Below are positions 39,595 through 49,443 of a stretch of DNA of 64,000 bases, one piece after another (positions within the stretch are counted from its first letter, which is position 1; each line of letters begins with the position of its first letter). The DNA comes from an uncultured Hyphomicrobiales bacterium (GTDB lineage Bacteria > Bacteroidota > Ignavibacteria > Kapaibacteriales > UBA2268). The stretch covers positions 78,639-142,638 of the forward strand of contig CAZYXG010000001.1 of assembly GCA_964650885.1 (NCBI GenBank), written 5' to 3'. The notes under the pieces were generated by a model that searched no databases, was not told where the DNA came from, and saw nothing but the letters and a program-made list of their open reading frames with translations. A program made the translations under genes and the position numbers.

Positions 39595-39640
39595 AAAACC
39601 CCAAACTTATTAAAAGATTTGGGGTTTGTTTTTATTTCTC
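39595..39640. terminator. Bidirectional intrinsic terminator between the convergent clpX and cinA genes
   Basis: Stem AAACCCCAAA/TTTGGGGTTT with a 12-nt loop, flanked by an A-run upstream and a T-run downstream. Confidence 0.7.
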
Positions 39641-39654
39641 TATTTATTTTTTAT

Positions 39655-40908
39655 TTAATTAAGCTTCAATCTAAAAAACAGTTCATTAATGGCATAAGAA
39701 ACAGATAGTTCTCTATTTATAGCTCTATTGTTGCCAAATTTATACATTTTAGCAATATTTTCACCTTCAATAGAAATTCCTATCCAAACAGTGCCGACAG
39801 GTTTTTCAGGAGTTCCACCATCTGGGCCTGCAATCCCTGTAATAGAAATCCCAACACTAACATGATGAAGCTTACGAACATTCTCACTCATTTGCAATGC
39901 AGTTTCTTGGCTAACTGCTCCAAATTTCTCCAATGTACTTTCAAGTACACAAAGTCTTTCTACCTTTGCTCTATTGCTATAAGTTAGTTCTCCACCTATA
40001 AATACCTCAGAACTGCCTGGCAATTCAGTAAATGCTGCTCCAAGAAGTCCACCTGTACAAGATTCTGCTACTGCCACAGTTAATTTCTTATCTTTTAAAT
40101 ATTGAATCAATGTTTCTAAATTATTCTCATCGCCAATACTTATGATACTTTCGTTTATTTTTGATTTAATAAATTCTAAGTATCCATTTAACTTAATTTG
40201 GCATTTTTCAAAATTAGATTCCTGTACTCCAAGTCTAATTTTAACTCCACGATAGGATGGGAGATATGCCAAAGATGATTTGTTATCTAAAAATGTATTA
40301 ACATCGCCAATCATTTCTTCTAAGGTTGATTCAGGGACTCCACCAGTTTGAATTGTAAGATATGATACTACATTATGATTTTTATTTGCAATTTCATCAA
40401 TAATTAGCTGTTTAAGGTGGTCATTGAAGATAGCATTCATTTCATATGGTACACCTGGCATTGAAACTAAATATTTGCCATTTGAAAGAAACAACATTCC
40501 AGGAGCAGTTCCTACAGAATTGCTTAATACTTTACTATTCTTTGGCACCAATGCTTGCATACGATGTACTTCTTTCAGTTCTCTTCCACGTTTAAAAAGA
40601 AGTGATTTTATATTCTCAAATGTAATTTCATCTAAATGCAATTCATCATTGAAATAATCACACAAAGTTACTTTCGTAATATCGTCATGAGTTGGACCAA
40701 GACCACCAGTAACTAAGATAATATCGGATAATACAAATAGTCTATCAAATTCTGATTTAATTATCTCTTTGTTGTCTGCAACAGTAGAATGAAGAACTAC
40801 TTTAGCTCCTAATTTGGATATTTCAGCACCAAGCCAAGCAGCATTGGTATTTATAGTCTGACCAATTAGTAATTCGTCTCCTATTGAAAGCAATGATATT
40901 TTAAGCAT
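39655..40908 (-). CDS. cinA: Competence/damage-inducible protein CinA (nicotinamide-nucleotide amidohydrolase family)
   Basis: N-terminal MocF-like domain (SIGDELLIGQTINTNAAWLG) and a C-terminal CinA domain. 417 aa. Confidence 0.85.
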   Translation of the reverse strand: MLKISLLSIGDELLIGQTINTNAAWLGAEISKLGAKVVLHSTVADNKEIIKSEFDRLFVLSDIILVTGGLGPTHDDITKVTLCDYFNDELHLDEITFENIKSLLFKRGRELKEVHRMQALVPKNSKVLSNSVGTAPGMLFLSNGKYLVSMPGVPYEMNAIFNDHLKQLIIDEIANKNHNVVSYLTIQTGGVPESTLEEMIGDVNTFLDNKSSLAYLPSYRGVKIRLGVQESNFEKCQIKLNGYLEFIKSKINESIISIGDENNLETLIQYLKDKKLTVAVAESCTGGLLGAAFTELPGSSEVFIGGELTYSNRAKVERLCVLESTLEKFGAVSQETALQMSENVRKLHHVSVGISITGIAGPDGGTPEKPVGTVWIGISIEGENIAKMYKFGNNRAINRELSVSYAINELFFRLKLN

Positions 40909-40984
40909 AATTCAAGCTCTTCAAAAAAAAAGAGGGTAAACAAAATGTTTACCCTCTTGACGAATATAATTGGAATTATTAGAA

Positions 40985-42841
40985 TTAGTTTTTCAATAAT
41001 TCAGATAAATCATCTTTTTTCTCATTCAAAACAGCTGTTTCATTCATAAAGTCAGCTATTTCATCTGGAGAAGCTTGTACTATAGTGTCTGGCGAATATT
41101 TGTCAGCATTAGGTACAGGGTGGTTAGTGTTGTATGTATCAATCTCAGATTGATTTTTATTTCTTAAGTTTTCAACCACAGAAAGAACGATTTTTTTAGA
41201 TTCTTTGTCGAATTCAACAACTTTCAAAGGCAATACATCACCAAGTTTGAAGAAGTCGCTAATTACTCTTACTGGAGCAAATGACAATTGAGAAACTGGT
41301 ACGAAACCATCAACACCATCAGGTAATTCTACGATTACACCTTTTTCGATAATGCGTTCGATTTTAGCTTCTGTTTCAGCATCTACACCATATTTAGTTT
41401 CGAAAACATCCCAAGGATTATTTTCAATTTGTTTGTGTCCTAAGGCAATTCTTCGTTGGTCAGCGTCAATACTAATAACTAATACTTCGATATTATCGCC
41501 TTTTTTCACGAATTCACCTGGATGGCGAATTTTCTTTGTCCAACTCAAGTCACTGATGTGAACTAAACCGTCAACACCTTGCTCTAATTCAACAAATACT
41601 CCGAAGTTAGTTAAGTTACGAACTATACCTTTATGTTTTGAATCAATAGGGTATTTTTTCATAAGGTCTTGCCAAGGATCTGGTTCTAATTGTTTCATTC
41701 CCAAAGCAAGTTTTTTAGAATCTTTATCAATGTTTAAAACAACAGCTTCAACAACTTGTCCCATAGAAACAACTTGTGATGGATGTTTAACGTGTTGAGT
41801 CCAAGACATTTCAGAAATGTGAATCAATCCTTCAATACCTTTTTCGATTTCAATGAAAGCACCGTAATCAGTCAAGCTAACAACTTTACCTGAAACTTTA
41901 GTGCTGATTTCATATTTCTCGCCAATGTTATCCCATGGATGTTCAGTTAGCTGTTTCATACCTAATGAAATACGTTTTTTCTCATTATCGAAATCAAGCA
42001 CAACAACTTTGCAAACTTGATCCAAAGATACAACTTCAGAAGGATGAGAAACTCTTCCCCAAGATAGGTCAGTGATGTGTACTAAACCATCAACACCACC
42101 CAAATCAACAAACACACCGAAATCAGAAATAGCTTTAACAGTTCCTTCAAGAACCAAACCTTTTTCTAATTTAGAAATAATTGCATTTCTTTGCTCGCCA
42201 AGTTGCTCTTCAAGCAATACTTTATGGCTGACAACAACGTTTTCGCTAGGGTGATTAACTTTAACAACTTTAATGTCAATAACTTTATTAATCCAAGAAT
42301 CGAAATCACGTACTGGACGTACATCAATTTGAGAACCAGGAAGGAAAGCTTCGATACCCATAAGATCGACAACCATACCACCTTTAATTCTTCTAAGGAT
42401 TTTAACTTGTGTAATTTCTTGAGTTTCGTGTAATTTAAGAATATCTTCCCAAAGACGCATAAAATCTGCTCTTCTACGAGATAAAATTAATTTACCAGTG
42501 TTATCTTCCATTTTCTCAACGTAAACGTCGATTTCATGTCCGATTTCATAGCTTTCAGAATTCAATAATTCACTGCGAGGAACAACACCAAGAGATTTAA
42601 ACCCTATGTCAACAAAGATTTCGTCTTTAGTTAGGTTTACAATGATACCATGTACCAATTCGTCTTCTTTAATGATTTGAGTAGCAGTATTAGTCATACC
42701 TGCAAAAATGTCATCTGGCATTTCCCAAGTATCAAAATTGCCCTCTAGGATTTGTTCAACAGTTGGTCTTGCGACTCTTTGAACAGGAGAAGCAACAGCT
42801 GCTTCCATTGGGTTTAATGTGTTTTCGTTATTATCTGGCAT
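40985..42841 (-). CDS. rpsA: 30S ribosomal protein S1
   Basis: 618 aa with tandem S1 RNA-binding repeats (recurring GxV..I..FGxFV..G.GL.HISE motifs). Confidence 0.9.
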   Translation of the reverse strand: MPDNNENTLNPMEAAVASPVQRVARPTVEQILEGNFDTWEMPDDIFAGMTNTATQIIKEDELVHGIIVNLTKDEIFVDIGFKSLGVVPRSELLNSESYEIGHEIDVYVEKMEDNTGKLILSRRRADFMRLWEDILKLHETQEITQVKILRRIKGGMVVDLMGIEAFLPGSQIDVRPVRDFDSWINKVIDIKVVKVNHPSENVVVSHKVLLEEQLGEQRNAIISKLEKGLVLEGTVKAISDFGVFVDLGGVDGLVHITDLSWGRVSHPSEVVSLDQVCKVVVLDFDNEKKRISLGMKQLTEHPWDNIGEKYEISTKVSGKVVSLTDYGAFIEIEKGIEGLIHISEMSWTQHVKHPSQVVSMGQVVEAVVLNIDKDSKKLALGMKQLEPDPWQDLMKKYPIDSKHKGIVRNLTNFGVFVELEQGVDGLVHISDLSWTKKIRHPGEFVKKGDNIEVLVISIDADQRRIALGHKQIENNPWDVFETKYGVDAETEAKIERIIEKGVIVELPDGVDGFVPVSQLSFAPVRVISDFFKLGDVLPLKVVEFDKESKKIVLSVVENLRNKNQSEIDTYNTNHPVPNADKYSPDTIVQASPDEIADFMNETAVLNEKKDDLSELLKN

Positions 42842-43080
42842 ATAAGTCTCCAGCAGTAATTATGTGATAGTGAAACAAACAAACAACATTCTGTTGTTCT
42901 TGATTTAAGTATAGCTTACAAAAATAAGCATTTAATTTTAATAATAAAAATTATCAACTGAATTAATTGAAAAATGTAAGTCAATAACTCTATTTTATGA
43001 TAATAATAATTTATTTTGTGAGATTTATTGCTAATTTTGGTTAAAATTATTTTGTACTTTTGTAATTTTGTTAAAATAAC

Positions 43081-43109
43081 TTGACAGTGTGTGTAAAGTT
43101 GTCTTAAAT
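43081..43109 (+). promoter_or_regulatory. Candidate sigma-70-type promoter for the NYN-domain gene
   Basis: TTGACA (43081-43086), a 17-nt spacer, then TTAAAT (43104-43109), about 40 bp upstream of the ATG. By eye only. Confidence 0.3.
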
Positions 43110-43150
43110 AATGATTTTTTAAAATATTCTATCTAAATGGAGTTTGTGTT

Positions 43151-43942
43151 ATGTCAGGTAAAATGACAAAAATAGCAGTGTTTATTGATGGGAACTTCTT
43201 CCTTAAAGTAAATACTTATTATAGATATCATCATGAGAGAAGAAGCAATATTAGTTTTAGAGGGCTTTTCGATTTTATAAGAAACGAAGTTTCTATATTA
43301 GAAAAAACAGAGGCTAATTATTGTCAAATAGTTGAATCTCATTGGTTTAGAGGTAGATATTCTACTGTGAATTTGGAAAAAAGATATCCAGATGAGCAAC
43401 AAAGAATGACTCAAATGACTAATGAAAGAAAAATTGATGACACTTTTATGCATCAGGGTATAGTTACTCATTATTTCCCAGTTGCTTACGATTATAAAAC
43501 AAATGAATACGAAGAAAAAGGTATTGATGTTTGGCTATCTTTGGAAGCTTATGAAATAGCTACTTTAAAGAAATTTGATGTTATGGTTTTAATTGCTGGC
43601 GATTCTGATTACGTGCCTTTAATTCGTAAAATTAATGGTATTGGCACAAGAGTAATGATTCTTGGATGGGATTTTGAATATGAATCTTATAATGAATCGC
43701 AAGCTAGAACTTTCAAACATTATACTCGCACAAGCCAATCGTTAATTGAAGAGTGTAGTTATCCTATAATGATGGATAAGAAAATTGATGATAGAACAAG
43801 TAAAAATAGTTCTGTTATAAATTCTATCTTTAACTTTGTACAGCCATATCAAACTGGTGGTTCAGGTGGTGGGCATTACAATAAGTCTGCTAACGCTAAT
43901 ATTAATGCAAATATAGGAAATACGCCTAGCGAAACAGTTTAG
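43151..43942 (+). CDS. NYN-domain (LabA/PIN-like predicted RNase) protein with a Gly/Asn-rich C-terminal tail
   Basis: N-terminus KIAVFIDGNFF and the IAGDSDYVPLI motif typical of NYN/LabA domains. Low-complexity tail QTGGSGGGHYNKSANANINANIGN. Confidence 0.6.
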   Translation: MSGKMTKIAVFIDGNFFLKVNTYYRYHHERRSNISFRGLFDFIRNEVSILEKTEANYCQIVESHWFRGRYSTVNLEKRYPDEQQRMTQMTNERKIDDTFMHQGIVTHYFPVAYDYKTNEYEEKGIDVWLSLEAYEIATLKKFDVMVLIAGDSDYVPLIRKINGIGTRVMILGWDFEYESYNESQARTFKHYTRTSQSLIEECSYPIMMDKKIDDRTSKNSSVINSIFNFVQPYQTGGSGGGHYNKSANANINANIGNTPSETV

Positions 43943-45408
43943 ACTTTTTCCAAAGCCCAATTGAAAATCTGAATGTAATTGGAAGCTGATTTTGAAGATG
44001 AATAATCGGCTTCCATTGCGTTCTTTCTAACTTGCTCAAAACCTTTCTTGTCTTTATATAACTCTAAAGCTCTGTTTAATGCAAATTCAAAATCGTCGCT
44101 GTTATAGTGAAGAAACACAAAGCCATTTCCTTTTTTCGAAACATTGTCATATTCAAATATAGTATCAGCAAGACCACCTGTTGCTCTTACAATTGGAATA
44201 GATGCATATTTCAAAGCATACATTTGTGTTAAACCGCAGGGTTCAAAGCGAGAAGGAACGAGGAAAAAGTCGCTAGCTGCATATATTTTATGAGATAATT
44301 CATTGTTATAACCAATATGCACCAAAATATTTTTTGGGTACTTTGATTGTAAATAGCGGAATAAATCAATATAAAAAGTGTCTCCACTGCCAAGCAAGCA
44401 AAATCTGACTTTATTTTTTGCTACAAATTGTTCTAATTTATACTTAATAATATCTAAACCCTTTTGTTCGGTCAGTCTGGTTACCATTCCAACTAATGGA
44501 ATATCAAAATCATCAACTTCTTTATTTAGACCAAATTTTTCTAACAACTTATATTTATTTTCTAATTTAGATTTAAGATTATTTGCACTATAATTTTGAG
44601 TGATTAAATTGTCTGTTTCTGGATTCCAATCAGAATAATATACTCCATTTAAAACACCTATTAAGTCTGGACTTCGTTCTAATAATGTTTGTTGCAAACC
44701 TTCGGAATAATAAGCCATTCTTATTTCTTGAGAATAAGTAGGGCTTACTGTTGTTATTTTATCAGCAAACATTATTCCTATTTTCATAAAGTTAACTTCA
44801 CCATCTTTTTCAAACCAAGACCCTGGATAAAATTCTTTCATTCCAAATCCAGATAGTTCCATACTTTTAAATGGATTAAATTTCCCTTGGTAAGCTAAAT
44901 TATGAATTGTGAAAACACCAGCTGTTTTTGCGAAACGTTTTTGACTTTTATAGTAAATCTTAAGAAAAGGCATAGCAAAGGCAGTATGATAATCGTGAGC
45001 GTGGATTATATCTGGGGTGAAATCAATTGCTTTTGCCAATTCAAATATAGCTCTGGCTAAGAAAATAAATCTTCTATCATTATCGGAGTATTCAAATGAA
45101 TCGCCATATATACCTGTTCTATTGAAATAATCATTATGTTCTATGAAATAAACAGGTACTTTGCTTCCAGGTAATGTGCCTATCCAAAATGTAGCATATT
45201 CTTCAATAAGTCCCATAGGAACAGCTAATGTAACAAAAGAGGGGTTTATATTGTATTTTTGAAAATCAATAAATCCATATTTAGGCATAACAATTATTGG
45301 GTTGTGTCCTTGGTCGTCCCATTCTTTTGTCAGATAAGATGTAACGTCTGCTAATCCACCTGATTTTGCAAATGGTTCGACTTCTGTTGTAACTAATAGA
45401 ATATTCAT
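43939..45408 (-). CDS. glgA: Glycogen synthase (ADP-glucose type)
   Basis: N-terminal KSGGLADV (KTGGL motif). 489 aa. GT5 architecture. Confidence 0.9.
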   Translation of the reverse strand: MNILLVTTEVEPFAKSGGLADVTSYLTKEWDDQGHNPIIVMPKYGFIDFQKYNINPSFVTLAVPMGLIEEYATFWIGTLPGSKVPVYFIEHNDYFNRTGIYGDSFEYSDNDRRFIFLARAIFELAKAIDFTPDIIHAHDYHTAFAMPFLKIYYKSQKRFAKTAGVFTIHNLAYQGKFNPFKSMELSGFGMKEFYPGSWFEKDGEVNFMKIGIMFADKITTVSPTYSQEIRMAYYSEGLQQTLLERSPDLIGVLNGVYYSDWNPETDNLITQNYSANNLKSKLENKYKLLEKFGLNKEVDDFDIPLVGMVTRLTEQKGLDIIKYKLEQFVAKNKVRFCLLGSGDTFYIDLFRYLQSKYPKNILVHIGYNNELSHKIYAASDFFLVPSRFEPCGLTQMYALKYASIPIVRATGGLADTIFEYDNVSKKGNGFVFLHYNSDDFEFALNRALELYKDKKGFEQVRKNAMEADYSSSKSASNYIQIFNWALEKV

Positions 45409-45427
45409 AATTAAACTTAATTGTTAT

Positions 45428-46066
45428 CTAAGGGGCTATTCTGATAATATGCCAATTACTCTCTTTCAATGTATAAGTAATTCTATCGTGCATTCGAGAT
45501 GGTCTGCCTTGCCAAAATTCAAAATAAGATGGAATTATGGAAAAGCCACCCCAAAATTCTGGATAAGGTACTTCAGTTTCCTCAAACTTTTGGGCAAGAT
45601 TATTGTAGTTTGATTGTAACTCTTCTTTGCTGGTTTTTTGGCTTTGGTTGGAAGCCCAAGCTCCAATTTTACTTTCTTTTGGTCTTGAATTGAAATATGC
45701 TTGCGATTGTTCAATTGATGTTTTCTGAATTATTCCTTCTATTCTAATTTGTCTTTCCATTTTGTCCCAAAAGAAAAGCAGAGAAGCTTTTGGATTCTCT
45801 GCTATATTATTTGATTTGCGACTATTGTAATTAGTATAAAAAGTAAATGATTCTTTGCTAAATTCTTTTAGTAATACAATTCGACTTGAAGGGAATCCAT
45901 CTTTATTTACAGTGGATAGTACCATTGCATTGGGGTCTGGAAACAAATCAGAAGAAATTGCTTCATCGAACCATAATTTAAACTGATCAAATGGTGAAGA
46001 TTCAACTTGATTTTCATTCAATTCATCGTTAGAGTAATCATGTCGAATAGCCGAATAATCTATCAT
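45428..46066 (-). CDS. pdxH: Pyridoxamine 5'-phosphate oxidase
   Basis: 212 aa. Typical PdxH layout (RIVLLKEF...FYTNYNSRK...RIEG). Confidence 0.85.
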   Translation of the reverse strand: MIDYSAIRHDYSNDELNENQVESSPFDQFKLWFDEAISSDLFPDPNAMVLSTVNKDGFPSSRIVLLKEFSKESFTFYTNYNSRKSNNIAENPKASLLFFWDKMERQIRIEGIIQKTSIEQSQAYFNSRPKESKIGAWASNQSQKTSKEELQSNYNNLAQKFEETEVPYPEFWGGFSIIPSYFEFWQGRPSRMHDRITYTLKESNWHIIRIAP

Positions 46067-47823
46067 TTAACAATTTGAAAAGGTTTAACAAAATCGAATT
46101 TATCCGATTGTACATATATGTAATATGCACCATTTTGTAAACTATTTATGCTCATATTCAAACTTGATTCCAAAATTACATTGTTCGACATAACTTGATT
46201 TCCAAGTAAATCATATACTCGTAAAGTAAAGAATTTGGATTGACTATTCAAGTTGTTGAAAGTGATTTGGTCAGTATTAACTTTTATATCAAAACCAGCA
46301 AGTTCTTTAATATCAACTGAATTAACTTTTCCAGTATTGAATTCTAAGGCTTTACTCCAAGTGCCAGCACCAACAGTATTCACACCTTGCACTCTCCAAA
46401 AGTAATTAGTTTCTGGATTAAGTTTGTTATTGTCAAACAAATAAGAATTTGTTTTAACATCTTTTATGTCATATTTAATACTAAAAGCATCAAATATCTT
46501 GCTATTTGCTAATTGCAGATTATAGCTAGTGGCAGAAGGGTCTGCTTGCCATTGAAGTTTCGCATCGGTATTGTCTAAGACTTCTTGATCAAGTGGAGAA
46601 GTTAATGTAATTTCTAAAGGAGCACCAGCTTTTGTAGTGAAAGCCCAAGCACTAGACCAAGCGCTTACTCCAGAAGTATTTTTAGAAGCAATTCTCCAAT
46701 AATACTTAGTTAAGTTTTCAAGACCTTTCAATGTGTATTCTGTTGCAACTAAATTAGTGTCCAGCAAAATTGATGTAAATTGATTGCTTTTTGAAATTTG
46801 CAAGTTATATGAAGTTGCATTTGTAGATTTATTCCAAGTAATCTTAGTGCCATTTGTAATTGCTGTTGCATTATCAGCTGGACTTGCTTGAGTAGTCTCT
46901 GAAGGTCCGCCAGGCAATCCATTAACTAATTTGAAAGTATAAGTATAATCTTTGGAAGCACCGTTAACCATTGCATTTGTGATTGATACAGTATATTCAA
47001 CATTATCTTTAAGCCCAGCTACATACCATTGTAATGAGTTAGGAATACTTCCCCAACCCTCGGCATCATAAACAATACCTGAGACTGTCATATTTGTAGA
47101 ACCAGCTTTGACACTAACTTGAGCTTGTGAGTAATTTACATTTGTATTAAACAATACATTGCTTTTGTTATAGAATGCGTGGAAAGATAAATAGAAGTTT
47201 TTGCTGAAATATGTAGTTGGGTAATCACCTTGTGGGTAAGCAACATAATCAATAGTTGAAGGAATAGCTCCTGAAACATAGTCTTGGTATTTCAGTGCAC
47301 CTGCTGACATAGTAGCATTATCAACAATGCCATCAACTCTACCAAAAGCAATACTTTTAAGTGATGGGTTTATTATTGATCTTCTGTGTCCAACTCTTTT
47401 CACAGCGGCAGCATCTTTGTCATCTATTAACCAACCAATGATTTGTTCAGATGAAGGAGACAATGTGTTTCCGCCTCCACCAAAACTATAACCTAAATGC
47501 AAATTTGATGTTTTAGCACCATTAGCACCAGCAGCAGTATAGCAAGTTGCACTTGCATCAGGATAGTGGTTTAAAGCTTTATTTGCAGCACAAATTAGTG
47601 ATGCTTGCATTGCATCGTTATTACCATTTTCATTATAAGTTACAGCAGGAAGCTTATGCAAAGCACGAATAGAATTTACTAAATCTAGGACTTTCTTTTT
47701 TTCAGTTGCAGTTAAAACTCCTGAATAGCAAGATGTAATATCTGGATTTGTTGTGTAAATATCTTGGTATGTTTCTGCCAAAGCAGAAGCAGTAACCAAA
47801 AAGAGAATAAGTAACAATTTCAT
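46063..47823 (-). CDS. Secreted CAP/SCP/PR-1-domain protein with Fn3-like repeats and a T9SS C-terminal sorting domain
   Basis: Signal peptide. CAP-like N-terminal region (AVTYNENGNNDAMQASLICAANKALNHYP). Repeated Fn3-like W/Y patterns. T9SS CTD (FTLRVYDLLGNQV...YYIYVQ). Confidence 0.6.
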   Translation of the reverse strand: MKLLLILFLVTASALAETYQDIYTTNPDITSCYSGVLTATEKKKVLDLVNSIRALHKLPAVTYNENGNNDAMQASLICAANKALNHYPDASATCYTAAGANGAKTSNLHLGYSFGGGGNTLSPSSEQIIGWLIDDKDAAAVKRVGHRRSIINPSLKSIAFGRVDGIVDNATMSAGALKYQDYVSGAIPSTIDYVAYPQGDYPTTYFSKNFYLSFHAFYNKSNVLFNTNVNYSQAQVSVKAGSTNMTVSGIVYDAEGWGSIPNSLQWYVAGLKDNVEYTVSITNAMVNGASKDYTYTFKLVNGLPGGPSETTQASPADNATAITNGTKITWNKSTNATSYNLQISKSNQFTSILLDTNLVATEYTLKGLENLTKYYWRIASKNTSGVSAWSSAWAFTTKAGAPLEITLTSPLDQEVLDNTDAKLQWQADPSATSYNLQLANSKIFDAFSIKYDIKDVKTNSYLFDNNKLNPETNYFWRVQGVNTVGAGTWSKALEFNTGKVNSVDIKELAGFDIKVNTDQITFNNLNSQSKFFTLRVYDLLGNQVMSNNVILESSLNMSINSLQNGAYYIYVQSDKFDFVKPFQIVK

Positions 47824-47844
47824 TAAAATATCTCCGTAAAACTC

Positions 47845-49239
47845 TTAATAATTAAAATAATTTTCTTTTTCTATATCCAGTCCAACAGGATAGAACTGGC
47901 CTAATTCTTCATTTTTAACATACTCATATTCAGACTCTTTATAGATGACTTTTTTTAGAGAGTCAACTAAATAATCTATTTCTTCAATTGTATTGTAAAT
48001 ACCGAAGCTAATTCGCAATGCACCAGGAATATTGAATTTATCGCCATTAATAATTTTTGCTACCCAGTCGCAATTTTTATCTTGAGGTATTTTTAAAAGG
48101 TTCATCAGATAAGGTTGAGTGCAAAATCTTCCACTTCTTAAACCAATTCCATATTCAAAACATAATTTTGCAGCAATTTCAAGATAATTTCTATCTTTTA
48201 CAACAAATGTAATCACTCCCAAACGATTATGAAGTGTTTCTTTATTAGTTTTTATAAGTAATTCAATTTCAGGTATTTCTTCAAACCGTTTCAGAATATG
48301 TTCAGTCAGCTCAAGTTCGTGTTGAGCTACTTTGTCCATTCCAATTTCCATCAAAGTTTTCAAGGAACTAGCAAAAGCAACAGCCCCAACTGCATTTGGA
48401 GAACCAGCTTCTTCTTTATCTGCCCCAGAGTGCCAATGAGTTTGCCAATGAGTAACAATTTTAGCATTTCCACCACCAACGAACTCAGGATTACCTTGAG
48501 AGATTACGTTATTTGGCATAATTAATACTCCAGTTCCAAAAGGAGCATACATTTTATGTGCTGACATCACAAGAAAATCTATTCTTCTTGGGTCGTCATT
48601 TTTCAACATTTCAATTTTTCTATGAGGAGCAAGTTGTGCAGAATCAACTAAGATATAAGCTCCGTACTTATGTGCTAACTCTGCAATATCGTGGTATGGA
48701 TTAATTATTCCAGATATATTCGAAGCTCCAGTTATGGCTAAAAGCTTAATTCTTTGTTTATACCATTCAAATTTTGCTTTCAAGTCTTCTAAATCTAGAT
48801 AGCCATTTTCATCTACTTTCACAAAGTCGTATCTGCCAGAGCGTTTCCAAGGCAAATAATTAGAATGATGTTCCATACCAGTTGTCAGTACTATACCATC
48901 TTCTCCTAAATCTAACCTATATGAAAGCTTATTAATTGCTTCAGTTGTGTTTTTTACAAAAACAGTTGTATGGTACTCAGGGTCTGCTCCAACAAATTCA
49001 GCTGCTATTTCATGAGCTTGTTCATAAGCTCTAGTGGAAACAATTGATTTTATGCCATTTCCTCTATGAACAGCTGAGTACCAAGCAAGGAACTCATTTG
49101 TTTTTTCCATAGTAGATGTAAAGCTAGGAGTACTTGCACCATTATCAAAAAACACATACTGTTTTAGAGATCCATCAAGCAATCGTACTTGCTTTTCTAA
49201 CCCTACAACATTATTTCTTATATTATCAATTGTAAACAT
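47845..49239 (-). CDS. Class-V aminotransferase-fold PLP-dependent enzyme (cysteine-desulfurase-like)
   Basis: PLP-lysine motif SAHKMYAPFGTGVL. 464 aa. Confidence 0.65.
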   Translation of the reverse strand: MFTIDNIRNNVVGLEKQVRLLDGSLKQYVFFDNGASTPSFTSTMEKTNEFLAWYSAVHRGNGIKSIVSTRAYEQAHEIAAEFVGADPEYHTTVFVKNTTEAINKLSYRLDLGEDGIVLTTGMEHHSNYLPWKRSGRYDFVKVDENGYLDLEDLKAKFEWYKQRIKLLAITGASNISGIINPYHDIAELAHKYGAYILVDSAQLAPHRKIEMLKNDDPRRIDFLVMSAHKMYAPFGTGVLIMPNNVISQGNPEFVGGGNAKIVTHWQTHWHSGADKEEAGSPNAVGAVAFASSLKTLMEIGMDKVAQHELELTEHILKRFEEIPEIELLIKTNKETLHNRLGVITFVVKDRNYLEIAAKLCFEYGIGLRSGRFCTQPYLMNLLKIPQDKNCDWVAKIINGDKFNIPGALRISFGIYNTIEEIDYLVDSLKKVIYKESEYEYVKNEELGQFYPVGLDIEKENYFNY

Positions 49240-49443
49240 TATTGAATATCATTTTTCCGTAAAACGAAATTTAACAAAAAATTAACAATTTTTACATACT
49301 TTCGGATAGAATTTCAATTAGTTCCAATAAAAAAACATAATGAACACTAAATCTATATAGTTTTTAGTTGAATTGTTGTTAGTTATTAAGTTTGTATCTG
49401 TTTAATTGGTAAAATTCTAAAACTTCGTTTAACTTGGATATCA

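Noticed and set aside
49239-49257. Fur box upstream of the FTR1 fusion gene, considered as a called feature
   Set aside because: It matches the E. coli Fur consensus at only about 11 of 15 positions in the best register, and the background is 67% AT. I kept it as a low-confidence note within a finding, not as an annotated site.
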